A stretch of 64,000 bases of DNA, from positions 63,676,001-63,740,000 of the forward strand of contig CM052817.1 in the NCBI GenBank assembly GCA_028534125.1, in the 5' to 3' direction. The translations under genes were made by a program, and so were the position numbers. A model generated the notes under the pieces. It saw only the letters and a program-made list of their open reading frames with translations. It was not told the origin of the DNA and searched no databases. This DNA is from Lama glama (taxonomy: Eukaryota). Of this stretch, positions 25,746-38,175 are shown piece after piece. Each line of letters begins with the position of its first letter. The first letter of the stretch is position 1.

Positions 25746-26747
25746 AAAAGATACTATCCATTTCTGAACACGTTACATGGGAAAATCGTCACAGTAGAAA
25801 AAATCCAGTCCTGAAACTGAGAATCTTGGTATGTTCTTATACTGATCTTTGGCTTCAATTTTACTCTAGGGTAGTTCCATATTCTAAATGGTAAAGTAGT
25901 AATCCATATTCTGAAAGGATAGCCCCATATCCTGCAAGTCTCTGAGTCTGTGGGAGAAATCTGGCCAAGAAGAAATGACATAAAAATCTTTTGTAACATA
26001 CCCACATTGGACTGAATTGAGTACTCTTAACAACTGTCATTTAAAAGAGAACATACAGCCAAATAGACATTTAAATATGCTAACTGAAATGCAAAGAAGA
26101 AAAAAGAATGTAGCAGCCCTGAAAATTTAGCTTCCGAGTTTCCAATTCCTAGTTCCAAGGCATAGTCTGAGCATTCTCTCTGAGAATGAATGTACTGAAT
26201 CATGTCCCTCTTAAGGCATTATTTGACTGAAAGTCAAAGTATCATCTGAATGAGCCTAATCCTCTGACAGAATTCTCTCATTTCCTCTGCTATCCAAAAG
26301 AAAAGAGCCCAGCCTTCACCAGTTCCTTTCAAAAGCAGATGCTCATGTTTAGTTGACGCATTTTTCCCCCAAGACCCGTTCAAAAGACTAAGACTTCAAC
26401 ATTCTAAGGGAGACAAACTTATTAATACTTGAGAACAAAAATATTTTAATGGCCAGTTCCAGCTGCCAAATAAAGATTACTTCTTATTTATCTTACATTC
26501 AATCCCCAAACATACTAAATATTTGAGCATAATCATATTTAATATGCCTTTCTCTTTTTCTCTTCAAAGGCAAGATAATCACTATAATATTTTTGAATAA
26601 CTACCCCAGACAGTAAATATCCTCTCCTTTTCCTTTCTCTTCTTCAGGAAAAATAAACAAAATAGAACTTTAGAATATACTGCTACTTTTCAAAAAAATA
26701 AACCAGAGCTGCTCCAGTTGACTTAAAACCCTGTATCAACCTTTTAC

Positions 26748-26967
26748 CTGCCTATAGTAACTGAAAATAACCTGTTGAAGAGCTAAATCTTCAGAGTTGT
26801 TCTCAACTCCATGATGTATGCATTTGCAATTCACTTGGTTCAACCATCGCACCCATTTGCTTCCCATCTTTCTGATACAAAGAGATATAAATCATCTAGC
26901 TCCAAACTATAATATTTCATTACCTTTTTACATTTTACTACTAAGAGAGGCACAGGGATGTGAGCTT
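26748..26967 (-). pseudogene. Candidate exon, N-terminal part of TIR-E
   Basis: Phase-1 start 'EAHIPVPLLVVKCKKVMKYYSLELDDLYLFVS', frameshift, 'SKWVRWLNQVNCKCIHHGVENNSEDLALQQVIFSYYRQ|gtaaaa'; phase-0 end matches exon 16548. Weak acceptor. Confidence 0.35.
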
Positions 26968-27059
26968 CTATATCAGATACATTTTTTTCAAAATAATTTC
27001 CAGAAGCATAAAAAAATTTCTAACCCACTGAAAAAAATCTACATACAATACTTCAGTAC

Positions 27060-27280
27060 ACAAATACCTGGTAATGCTGAGAGTTTACATTAGAATTTAG
27101 AATATACTTACATACAGTTAATATATGCACTCTCGTTCAATTTAACTATCTCATGAAATGTTTCAAGAAGTATGTATCAGAGACCTAAAGAACTCATGCT
27201 AGTTGTTCAAAGTTGCAAAAATATTAACAGACTGACTTGGGATTAAGACCCAGTTCATAATTTCAAGACCTGCACTCTTT
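27060..27280 (-). mobile_element. MIR SINE fragment
   Basis: 'gttgttcaaagttgcaaaaatattaacagactgacttgggattaagacccag...acctgcactcttt'. Confidence 0.5.
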
Positions 27281-27806
27281 TGTTTGAATGAAATATGTTG
27301 CCACTTATTGTTAACAATTAAATTAATATTTTGGAAATGAGCAATGACTCAGAAATGTCTATTTTTTCACAGTAAATTACTAAGGAAAATTAAATAATCA
27401 CAATACATGTAAATTTAATAGAATCATCATGATTCCTATATTGTAATCATATATTGTACTCATAAATTTAGAGAACTTCAATACCATTAGCTAATTTAGA
27501 CATTTACCAGATGCAAATCAAAGATTTGAATTTTATTTGTATTATTACAAAAAAAAAAAGAAAACTGAATTCTATATGAAAGGAAGGAAGAAAAAGACAG
27601 ACAGACTCCAATACAAGTTCCTCAGTCTCATCTCAAAACATTCCATAATCATTTGAAAAACTAGTTTAAAGTCATGGCTGTTTCATTGCAGTGAGTTTTA
27701 TATATGTCATAAAGCCTACTGCTTTGAAATCTTTAGATTTAATTTTCATTCCTAGATAAGAACTGAAAGATAAATTACTTTCAAGCAGCAACTCAGCTCT
27801 ATTCAC

Positions 27807-28169
27807 CTTTTTCAGAATGATCTGGAACAGTCTAGGAGCTTCCAGAACACAGGATGTTAATGATGTCTATTTTTAAATGTTTGCTCTTCCCATTGTATGA
27901 GGCACTGGAGTATTCCGACTTTGTGATTTTGGTGCATGACCTGTGACTGCATGTGTTCTTAACAGTAGCAATGCTTGCAAGATGAACACTATTCTCTAAA
28001 TAAAGACTGTTCAATAGCCTTCTTTTTAAGCAAGTTTTAATTATTTTACTTCTCAACTGATACCCCTACTGAATATGAACATAACCACTGAGCACTTAGG
28101 AGCTCTGCTCTCTAGGGCTGTACATTTCCTATAAATCCCGTAAGTGGAACTCTCTATCAGAGAGCTTCA
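27807..28169 (-). pseudogene. Candidate exon (363 bp, phase 1-1), body of TIR-D
   Basis: ctttctctattttggctacag|TG AAG CTC TCT GAT AGA GAG TTC...AAA G|gtgaat. Composite reading '(V)KLSDREFH...VLSGYVHIQ*G...KKAIEQSLFRE...LIQWEEQTFKNRHH*HPVFWKLL'. Confidence 0.62.
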
Positions 28170-28499
28170 CTGTAGCCAAAATAGAGAAAGTATGAAAATA
28201 TTTTATTGAGAAAAGGCAAAAAAACCCCATAACTATATAGATCAAGTTCAGAGATATATACAAACTCTGTGGTTATTTTCTCTTATAGATGGGCTTCAAC
28301 AAGAAGACTGATTAAATACAGTACACATTTAATTCGTCCACTGGTTTTTATTTCTAGCATTGCAATTTTTGAAAAATTTATTTTTTAAATCACAATTTAC
28401 TACAGTATTTTTATAATGTAAAATTCAATCCAAATGAATAATTAAATAAATATTGTGACAATTTATCTTTAAAAACTTTTATATTCTCTCATCTTTCAC

Positions 28500-28594
28500 C
28501 TTTGAAAATATCTTTAAAGTTCTGGTATTCTATCAGATGTTTCATCCTTTCTGTTACGCCTATAATTTCAGAAGTACAGTTTACGAAGGTAGTT
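28500..28594 (-). pseudogene. Candidate exon, TIR-D box-1 region
   Basis: ttcttatttttctcag|AA CTA CCT TCG TAA ACT GTA CTT CTG...TTC AAA G|gtgaaa; composite 'ELPS*TVLL/NYRRNRKDETSDRIPEL/KDIFK'; splices in phase to give FKVKLSDREF. Confidence 0.55.
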
Positions 28595-29149
28595 CTGAGA
28601 AAAATAAGAAATGTTGTGCAACTTTTAAAATCAAATTTCAAGAGTACTGTCATATATGGGATAAAATTTAATATCACAAATAATGCTACAGAACTACATT
28701 AGCTCCCTTCTACATGGTAAAATAATAAGGACAAAACAAAGAAGATTTATAGCAAAAAAAAAAAGGTTATGAATATTTCTGGCTTTGCTTCCAACAGAAA
28801 GGAATCTCAGCTGAATAACTTCGTGGAGATTTTCAAGGTATTGATTTTGCCCACAATTTGATACACTTTGTGAAAATGTACATCAGCTACTGCAATAGTA
28901 ACAGCAGCAAAGGTAAGATCTGCCGATGCCGCTACAGAATCCAGTACCCCGAAACATGCATGTTCTTTCTTTCTCTCTCTGTTTCTGTGTCTGTGTCTAT
29001 GTCTTTCTCTATCTCCAGAGCAGCCCACATTATACAGGGGATTGGACCTCTTCCACTATACTGTAAATATGAAGAATCTGCAATAGCAATTTTTCCATGA
29101 TTTTGGATTTACTTGGATTCAGTAAATTAAGCATATTAGAAGGCATCAC

Positions 29150-30110
29150 AGAGGTGAGAAAAGAAAATTAGTGGAAAGAGCTGTCACTATGCTATGAATC
29201 CCCACCTTACTCGTGTGGGGGGTGAGGAGCGTGTATCCTTTTAACAAATCCAGAAGGAGTCATTAAAAGAAAAATCAGAGACTTTTGAAATGCATTCAGT
29301 GAATTAATTAGACTTCTGCCTAGGATACTGGGACTGGCCTATAATGCCAGACTTGGAAGGGACCAGAAATGCTTGAGTTTTTTGTCAAAATCAGGTTTGT
29401 GTTAGAAGAGAGAGAAAACTAGATTGAAGTTGTGTTGAGTCCTGTCTAACAGAGCCACCTAGACTGGCATCAGGCAGAAAGTCTAGAGGTCAGAGGTTAC
29501 CCAGTGACTGCAGAAGGAGAATCAGTGGGTCACTCGAAACAGGTATCTATCTGCCTGGATGAAGAAAACAAAGAGAGAGGTCTGAGAGAGAACTCCTGGT
29601 CCCCACAAAAGTGTCCACGAGATTCAGCTTTACAAATGGTGAGGGCTTGAAGTCATCCCAGAGGGCTTGAAGTCAACTTATTATCCAGTTCAGATAAGAA
29701 TTATTTAACTCAACTTTTTTTTTCTTCTCCATTTCCTACCTCTGTGAAGTCTAAAGCCACAGCTAAAACGTGGAGGCAGGAGAAGGAAAAAGCAGCTTAA
29801 AATCTAAGAGAAAGAGACGTCAACCACACTATATCCTCATTCACACGGCAGGTTCAAGCTGGAGCAAGAAGGGAGGAACAATGGCAGCCAACTGAATTTC
29901 ACAGTTCTGGGATTATAAATGAGACTGGGATGTTTTAATTTCTTGTTTGAGACTTCTTTCAGGATAAAATTTCCATAATACAGCATTCTGTCTAGTTTTT
30001 TAAAGTGGGCAGAAAAATCATGAGCCTGCTTCAGTTTTTAAACCAAGGACCAGGAAATATTGCCCCTAATTTAAAGTTTAAAGGAAAAGCAAAGAACAAA
30101 ATCAACTCAA
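29150..30110 (+). mobile_element. Ancient LTR (MamGyp/LTR85-like)
   Basis: 'gggggtgaggagcgtgtatccttttaacaaatccagaagg...gacttttgaaatgca', 'gggattataaatgagactgggatgttttaatt'; family assignment from memory. Confidence 0.45.
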
Positions 30111-31185
30111 TGTGTTTACTAAGCAGATTAGTTACATGTACATTTTATAAAGTTTACCTACGAGCCACTGAAAAGAGGCAATATTCCTTAATACTGTGGA
30201 CAGGAAATTCCCAGGGCAGCGTCTGATACCCCCTTCTGAGTCTTTTGGTCTTCCTCCATCACTCTGCGTAAAGGACTACAGTACTCTGACCAGGCATGCA
30301 TCGTTTCCCATTTATTCAGGAAAAGGGGCTCTGTCACCACGAGAAAGGTGGAAGAAGTGAAAGACAGACAAAAGCAGCAAATGTCCACCAGGATAAGTAT
30401 CAACCTAACATCGTGAGTGTATTGGTTAAGTAACTAGATGCTTGAAATTAAAAGTTCTAGAGTTAGTACGTGAAAGAAAGAATATCATTATACCCTGCTC
30501 CTATGGCCTTTCTTCTACGTGGCAGCTATCTAGTAAAGTGTTTGTAATGACTTATACAAAGGGAATTTAATAGAATTATTTATAAGTTCAATATTTTTCT
30601 AAATTAAAATTAAACTTTTTTGTTCTATCAAGGGATCTCTAAAAATTTACAGGATGAGAAATAAAATTCAGATTATATCACATTAGAATTTACATTTAAA
30701 TTAATCTTATGTACATCCTGAATTCATTTCATAACTGTTTGTCTTCTGCACCTAAGTGGGTTTATATTAAACATCATAAATAATTTTTCCCCTCTTGATT
30801 TATGATCACTGAAAAATATACATGCAAAACATATACATTTATTATCCATGTTACATATATACATACATATATATTAGGACTACTTACAGATTGCCAAGAA
30901 AATCCCCTTCGATTAGGAAAAAAATACTTTCCTGATGAAGTTTAGGTTAAAATTTCGGCTAGCTAGGAGTTCCTAATTTTTTTTCTTCAATTTTCCCACA
31001 GAAAGATATTAAAAACTAGGAAAAAACAAAGCCACCAAAGCTGTGAAAATCAGGATAAACATCCAAGCACCTGCCTGACTCCAGATGAAATTTCCAGTAA
31101 GTAAAGGTTAGATGAAGCCATTAAACAGAATCATTCAGGAGAAGGTAATAAATTATATCTATCAAACCTTAATGCATATTCTTAC

Positions 31186-31307
31186 CTCAGAGACATGGTA
31201 CCATCAAGTGAAGCAAAATAAGTCATTGTTTAATAAGTAGGACAGTTTTCTAAGCAGCTCAAAGCCGTTCTCTGTTACCCTCTATTCCTACAACTGGGAC
31301 TACAAAT
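31186..31307 (-). pseudogene. Candidate exon, TIR-C C-terminus
   Basis: ttgattattag|A TTT GTA GTC CCA...CTGAG|gtaaga; '(R)FVVPVV/E*RVTENGFELLRKLSYLLNND' (TAG at the expected Trp of the EW motif); phase-2 join with 33053. Confidence 0.6.
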
Positions 31308-31499
31308 CTAATAATCAACAGATTCCATGACAAAACTGGACTGGAATTAACAAATTACTCCCCAGAAAGAAGTCAGAAGCAAGGCAAGATGAAGGCAAGA
31401 ATAACCACGAGAAGAGTGTATACTGTCGGGGCTACAGTTTTCACAATTGCTTCAAATTATCTTAAAATTAATTCCTATTTACACAATACCCAGTCAGTG

Positions 31500-32015
31500 A
31501 GAGCAGGAGGGTAGTGTTTGCCAATTTCTGCACTATAAAATTACTGTTTGTTCCCTTTCTATACTTTATTCTTTGGAAGTGAGTCACTAGGTCCAGCCAA
31601 CACTCAATAAGTGTGGGAGGTTGGGGAGAGAAGGGTTGTATTTTACCTCTTGGAGTATGGGGTACTTACATAAATTATTTAAAATTTTTCTAAAGAAAGA
31701 TTTGTCTCTCCTTCCTCACTTATTCAATCACTATTCTGTGTCAGTCTGGACACATATATATTAATTTTATACTTTCAGTTATAATCCAATGTGTATTTGT
31801 TTTATTGCTTAAATTGCTCCAGCTTTGGCCATTGGGATACTCCTACCCTTTTGATTTTTTTCCAGCACTTTCTTACTTTTTAACTTTCTATCACTATAAG
31901 ATGTTCTAGATTCATGCTGTATTTTCTTTGTCCCAGTACTAGAATGAATCGTTTTTCCAAGGAGCTCTGGTTTATTTTATGGGAAAATGACATTTAAAAA
32001 CCAAGATCTGGGTCT
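31500..32015 (-). mobile_element. Old L1 (L1MC/MD-like) 3'UTR
   Basis: 'ttctttggaagtgagtcactaggtccagcc...aaattgctccagctttggccattggga...tttttccaaggagctctggtt...aaaaccaagatctgggt'. Confidence 0.75.
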
Positions 32016-33052
32016 CGGCCTGACTGAGCTTATAGCTACAATTAATAAACTGCTTATTGCTGGTAATGATGGTGACATAAAATGCAGTATCAAGGATTGT
32101 GAACTAGTGTAAAATGAATGTGTGTGGTGTGTGTATTTTTATATATAATTCATCTCTGATTTGGTAATATATTGGTAAATTCCTTGGTATAATAAAATAC
32201 ACTATTCTTTCTTGTTCACTATTTTAGTAATAGTATCTTTAAAATCCCTAGCCTTACCATGGCACAGCATTTGGTAAATAAACTGTATTTTATAGACACC
32301 TCAATTGTTTGTGGCTAGAAATAAATGAAATGTTGGAATAGCTAGTGAGTTACAAAATGATATGCTTTGTACCATTAAGCTGGCAAAAATAAAAGATATT
32401 TAACATCCTTCAATAGTAAGATAAAATCATCCCACTTTATGTGCAGTTTTAACAGAGGATAAAATAAAGATGAGAGCTTCTGAAAAGTCAGAGAGAAATA
32501 TGAAGTTACTTTAAAAAGTCATGATGATTAACATACCCATTCAATGTTTTGTCTTTGGTCAAATTCCACAATATTTCCTATATTCTTTTAGTGAGATCAG
32601 AAAGAAAAATATATATTAAGTAACATAACTTACTTAGCAAGGAAAAGAATGAGATCAATACTTTCCTAACTTTTTCTTTTCTTTTCTTACTAAGGCTCTG
32701 ATTTCTGTAGCCCTGTTTTCACACGTAAAGTAGCAATAGAGTACTAACTATCCATAACAAATTTTGAGAAATAACATGATTTTCCACTTATCTAAGCAAA
32801 AGAGGGCTTTAGAGCCATACTTTTAGGTTCCCTTTCTGTTATTTGTGCATTCTCTTGGGGACTAGGAAATCATTTTTATTTTATTATTGTTCTTGTCCTT
32901 TTCTATTTGGCATTATTGATTTGTTTCTACTCCATTTATTCCTGTGCACAGATTGAACGAGGACTGATTTATTTAATTTGTTGTTTGTCAAAAACATCAC
33001 TAGTGGTGATAAAAGTATGGCTTAGGGAATAGAATTTGCTAGCTAGGCTTAC

Positions 33053-33389
33053 CGACGTGTTATCCCTAAATTCCTTCAAAAAATAAAAATAAGTTTGTAC
33101 AATAACAGAAGTTACTTTCCCAAGAATCATTTCTTAGCAAAAGCTTGTTCAGCTTACACTAATTCATATGTGCATCCTCTGAAAACTTATTAAATTATAA
33201 AATGAGCAAGAGTGATCTTGTTTGCAGGATAAGAAGGGGCATACTACTTTAAACGTATGAAGCTTGAAAACATTTTAAGTACAATGAATAAGTCCTATCA
33301 GATTTCCTCAGATTAAAAGAAGTTAATTTTATATTATTTTTGATATATTGGTTTATAAAGCTTATTAGACAAATTATTTCATGTTCATA
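33053..33389 (-). pseudogene. Candidate exon, body of TIR-C
   Basis: Pyrimidine tract with decayed acceptor (ctgttcttcactgtctgttacaa|), strong donor CG|gtaagc. 'YEHEIICLISF...SFNLRKSDRTY', frameshift, 'ANKITLAHFII**VFRGCTYELV*AEQAFAKK...KLIFIF*RNLGITR'. Confidence 0.62.
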
Positions 33390-34403
33390 TTGTAACAGAC
33401 AGTGAAGAACAGGATTATTTAGATACAATGTACACACTATCTTAGCTTAAATATTTAACTTAAATAAATGTATATGAATTTAAATATACATTAAATTAAG
33501 TTTAATCCCTCTTTTAGAATGGAAGGTTCAGGAAGGCAAGGATTTTTGACCCATTTTGTTCAAAGCTGTAGCCCCCATACCTGGTATTAAATAGGTGCAC
33601 AAATGAATAAATAAAATGCAAGAAAAATTATCATTATCCCCATTTTAGGGATAAGAAAAGCAAAGTACATATCCATGAACTGAATTAAAAATATGACTTA
33701 ATTTTCTGACCTGATATCATACGAAAAAACTAGGTTTCACATTGGAAATGATTTGTTCTTGTGGGTAATTTAATTTTAGGAATCAGAACCAGTGACATCT
33801 CTAGAATAAGTAAAAGGGACAAAGATTTCACAGGAATTGCAAGGATACTTTTTCTGGAAGATTCATTTGCATTGCAAACTTTAACTTAAATTATATGCTT
33901 AAATTACATGGTCTTAGTAGGGTGGATAGAGATCATTTAGAGGTAAAGTAGAGATAACTCCAGCCACCAAAATATATTTTGCACTTACTCCCTTTTTCTC
34001 TCACTGACTGGAGAATCAGAGAGAGGATATGCCACGTAGGTAGTAATAACAAGACACACAGACTATTCCCTTCCATTCTCTGAGCCATGTAAGTTCTTTT
34101 ACGTGTTCGAGAAAGTGATGTACTTTCTGTTTCCTTCAGCCTAGAAAAGGAGAAGTGTGAGTTTGACACCAGCAGTAGGTGCAGTCCAGGGAGTATTAAG
34201 AAAGAGCACCAGAGTAACAGAGGAGGGCGTGCAAGCTAGAAATTGTGGAAATCTGGTTTAGATTATGTTGATACCCCAGCATGGTTTATAAGAATAAGAT
34301 AGGTCTCTGTTATCATTCAGTTTTGTCTAATTAGTATTGCTAGCGAGTCCTATTTAGTATACAAATCCAGACTTGCTTACCAAGGTGAGCAGACCTAAGG
34401 AAC

Positions 34404-34890
34404 TGCAGCAGAATATATTTTCCAAAGGGCATCCAAAACGCTTTTCTGCAATGTGACCTTGCTCTTCCTTCTTCAAGAGATGGAGTCTCATTCCCCTTTC
34501 TTGAACCTCAGCGGGCTTTTCTGGCTTGCTTTACCAACAGAATGTGGCAGAAGGGATAATACGGACCTTCCAAAGCTAGGTCATAAGAAGTGTACAGCCC
34601 TCTGCCTGGGACTCCTAGAATGTTTCTTTTTGGGAAACTCCCTCTGGGAATTCAGACGCCATGCTGTGAGAAGCCAGCATCAACTTCCAGTCATGAGAGT
34701 GATCCTCCCTGGACATCTAGCTCAGTCAGGCCTTCAGATGACACCAGGTCTAGCTCACATCTTATTGCAACAAATGGGAAATGCCAATTGAGAACTGACC
34801 AGCTGAACCTAGTCAACCCACAGAATCATGAGAGAGAAAAAAAATTTTTTAAGCCATTAAACATTTCAATATTTTGATAGATAGCAAAGG
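34404..34890 (+). mobile_element. MaLR LTR (MLT1G/H-like)
   Basis: 'tcttcaagagatggagtctcattcccctttcttgaacctc...accaacagaatgtggcagaag...cagctgaacctagtcaacccacagaatcatgaga...tttaagccatta'. Confidence 0.75.
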
Positions 34891-36249
34891 GCAATACAAA
34901 GAGGAACAAAGCTCTTTTAACTCATTAAGAATGTAAAATATTTCAGGGTATTGAATAAACAAGGCCTTCCAGGGTACCAGCTCATTCACAGAACAACTCA
35001 TGCATAAAATCTTAATACCATCCAAATGAGTGACCTGAGTATAAGCACATGATTACAGGATGCACGGTGTTTTTCAGTAGAATGCTGTTTTCTTCTTAAT
35101 CAAGTGGTTTGCATTCACTAGAGGAGCTTTCTTGCTAGAATCAATTTGAGGACTCATGCTGTGGTGGCTGCTTTACTGTGTATTTTATATTCTCATCTGT
35201 TGCTAGGTAAGTGGAAAAGCAGCAACGGCACTCATTACTAGTAAGCCTTTTACTATTATGAGTTGTTACTTCACATCCATCAACAGAGTGTTGTCAGATA
35301 TAAGTGGGACCTAAATTTCTATCTTCATAGAACATAGCTTAATGATTCATTCCTAAGTTACTTACAGTAATCAGTTCAAAAGCGACATTACCGTGACACA
35401 GGATCTAAGTAGGGAGTCATCTGTTTTTACTGTCTTATTTCTTTCCATCCTCACAGATGCTCCTTCTCACCTGTCCTAAAAGTGCACACATCTCTTAATT
35501 GAGCATGAAAGAGTAATTACTGAAGACTGTCTAAAAATCTATTTTTGCATAAAGAACAGCATCACCTCATTGCTATCTCTGTTCAACTAGTGGTCAATGG
35601 ATGGGAGAAGGAAAAAATAAGTGTGTGTGTGTGCATGTGTGTGCAAGTGTATTTGATACTTACAGCATCTGGTTATCTCAAAATTCAAACTGAAAAACCT
35701 CATTTTGTTCAAGGTGAAATACAGAGCAGCAGTCTCTAGGCACAACTTCGAAAGTCTGTCTAGAGGCTTTAACATTATGGTAACCTGCCAAACTTCATAA
35801 CTATCCTACTTTGAACATGAGCAAGCTACTCATTTGCACATGCCAACATATATGAAAGGGTAACGCAAGAAGATATTAGATAATCAGGAACAGAAAAGCA
35901 CAAAAGGGAAATTTGTTATTTATTATAGAGCATAGATCAAGACATATTGCTCCTAGCTTAAGAAAAAAAAAAAAACTTCTTTCAAATAGATTCAGGTAAG
36001 TATTTTCCCAAAGAATTTAGTGTTTCCTACTGTCCCTAAAAATGTAAAAGCTAAAAGCTATTCATCCCAAAGGCATTAATTATCTGAAAAATTTTTGTTA
36101 AGTAGCATCTATGTATACACATTATAAAAGATGTTGTGAAGTATTAAAAAAAAAAAAGTAGGGCATGTTCTCTGGCCTCACCAAGATTATAGAGCAAAAC
36201 GAAAGACAAAGTTAGGCTGAACTAAATAAATACTAAAGATATGAAAATT

Positions 36250-36990
36250 ATAGTGCCATATCCAAGTACAGTCTTCCAGATGTGAACTAAGGTTGGTTTA
36301 AGTTGCAGGTTTCAGAATGCTGAAGACAACCTACCACGCAGCCCAAGGATTCCTGCACACTCTTGCTCTGTAGTAAAGAAGGCAAGGTCCTGGTCTTTCT
36401 TCCCCTGGTCCATTTTACAGGGTTGATTTGCCTTGTTTTGTTTTCAAGTGAGCAACACTGAGGGATGAAGTAACATCTCTTTTCAAAGAACAGCCAGCCT
36501 TATTTCCACTCACTACAAAAGCAGTAAATCTCCCAAGTGGTAGTGGTGGTTCTCTCTCCTCCAACCTGTAACACAGCCCACAATCCATGCAGACATCCAT
36601 CATGGGCCCTCTACAGCCCCCATGTAAAGCTGTTAGTCAAAATACAGGATGTCTAGTTAAATCTGAATATTAGATAAACAATGGACTTCTTTCATGTCTC
36701 AAATATTGATTGTACATATGTACAATGATAAAATACTTAACTAGAATTCAAATTTCACTTTTTTTTTTGGTTGCTAAATTTGGCAAGCTTATCTCCATGG
36801 TACACGGCGAACATGGGAACCAACAAAAACAAACATGAAGCTCTGGCTACTGCTTTTGCTTTTGCTGTGAGTGGTAAAGTCCTTTGCTGCTGACCAATGA
36901 GCCTCATGTCTTCCCAGCATTCGTGATATAGTAACAGGCTAACACGTTACCCTGTAAGGATGGAAAAGTCTGAGATTCTGCATAGTTCCT
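36250..36990 (+). mobile_element. LTR40-like (ERVL) LTR interrupted by a MER33-like hAT element (~36630-36790)
   Basis: 3' part 'gagtggtaaagtcctttgctgctgacc...gtcttcccagcattcgtga...aggctaacacgttaccctgtaag'; insert 'aaaatacaggatgtctagttaaatctgaatattagataaacaat...gctaaatttggcaag'. Confidence 0.6.
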
Positions 36991-37262
36991 CATACAGAGA
37001 AAGGGAGCTTTGTTTGCATTTGTGCCATTTTAGTAGTTTACAGCTAAGAAGAAGAAAGGCAGGGGTTTTTCTAGACATGGAAACTGAGCTGAAATGGAAC
37101 ACTTTTTGGAGAATAAAAAGAAAATAAAGCTGCATATTCAGAAAAAATAAAGTCATAGAGGGTCTTAAAATTGTTGAGAAACAATTCTCTACTGTTTCTC
37201 TATTGCACTTTTCACAAGCAGAGGCACTGACTGTTTTCATTTGTTAACTAACTTTTCAAGAA

Positions 37263-37672
37263 TGTCGAGTGAACAGCCTTGAAAGATACAATATATACTT
37301 CCGGAGCAAAGGGCAAGTTTGTTTACTGTTCTGTGTAATAAAGATGATGTCTCCTTCTTGTGCAAAGTTCAAGCAGGCTTACTACACCTTATAAAATATT
37401 CAAATTCCCTAAGTTAGGCATTCATCTCACGTAATGCAGCACACTGTATGCCCCAGCATCACCTGGCCTTCTGCATACCACCCTAGACAAATTGGGCCTT
37501 AGGGAGATGGCGCAAATGCTGATGTTCTTGCTACTGCTATTGCTTCGAGTAATAAAAGGTCTAGGTCTCTGTCCCATGTGTCTCATGCCTTCTGCCAGCA
37601 CCCATGAACTGCGGCAGGCTAACTTGTTAGCCTGCAAACAGAAAAAAAATCAAACTCTATGCAGTTCTTACG
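37263..37672 (+). mobile_element. LTR40-like (ERVL) solo LTR
   Basis: 'tgtcgagtgaacagccttgaaagata...ggagcaaagggcaag...gagtaataaaagg...ttctgccagcacccatgaactgcggcaggctaacttgttagcctgcaa...cagttctt'. Confidence 0.75.
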
Positions 37673-37789
37673 ATTATAGAGGGTTTTTAATTTTGAAGAA
37701 CGAATATGTGATGTGATAGTCACTGGAGGACTATTACATATTTTGGTTTGAGAGCTGACAGGAAGAAAATGGTATTTTGACATGATTTT

Positions 37790-38175
37790 CATGCACTTTC
37801 TCACCTCCAGGACCTTCTCACATACTGTTTTTCGGCTGGAACAATGTTACCCTGTCCTCTTCTTCTCAGTACACAAAATGTATCCCCTACAAATGCATAC
37901 GTAATTCCAGGTTAAATATTTCTCCTCTATGAGCTGTCAACCATTCCAAGAAGCCTTCCATGCCCTTCTCCAGTTCCACTCTTCTGTTCTAAGTACTCCA
38001 AAAGTGCCCTGTACATTTAACATCAGAGTCTGCATCACATTATTGTAATTTCCTGTTCCTATTTCCCCCACTGGACTTTAAGCTCTGTAAAGACAGGTTT
38101 TTAAGTCATATTCTCAGTGCTTAGAATGATAATTGGAATATAAAAGAATCTTGATAAATATTTGTCAAATGAAGA
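37790..38175 (+). mobile_element. L2 3' end
   Basis: 'cccccactggactttaagctctgtaaagacagg...ctcagtgcttagaatga...gataaatatttgtcaaatgaa'. Confidence 0.75.

Noticed and set aside
25754..26005. 83-aa minus-strand ORF with repeated 'RIW'
   Set aside because: The repetition comes from a short degenerate tandem repeat (ccatattct units, ~25870-25935); no convincing splice sites or domain motif.
28807..29100. Overlapping ORFs with a few CpGs
   Set aside because: Partly a (CT/GT) simple repeat next to an ancient LTR; no recognisable protein or consistent exon borders.
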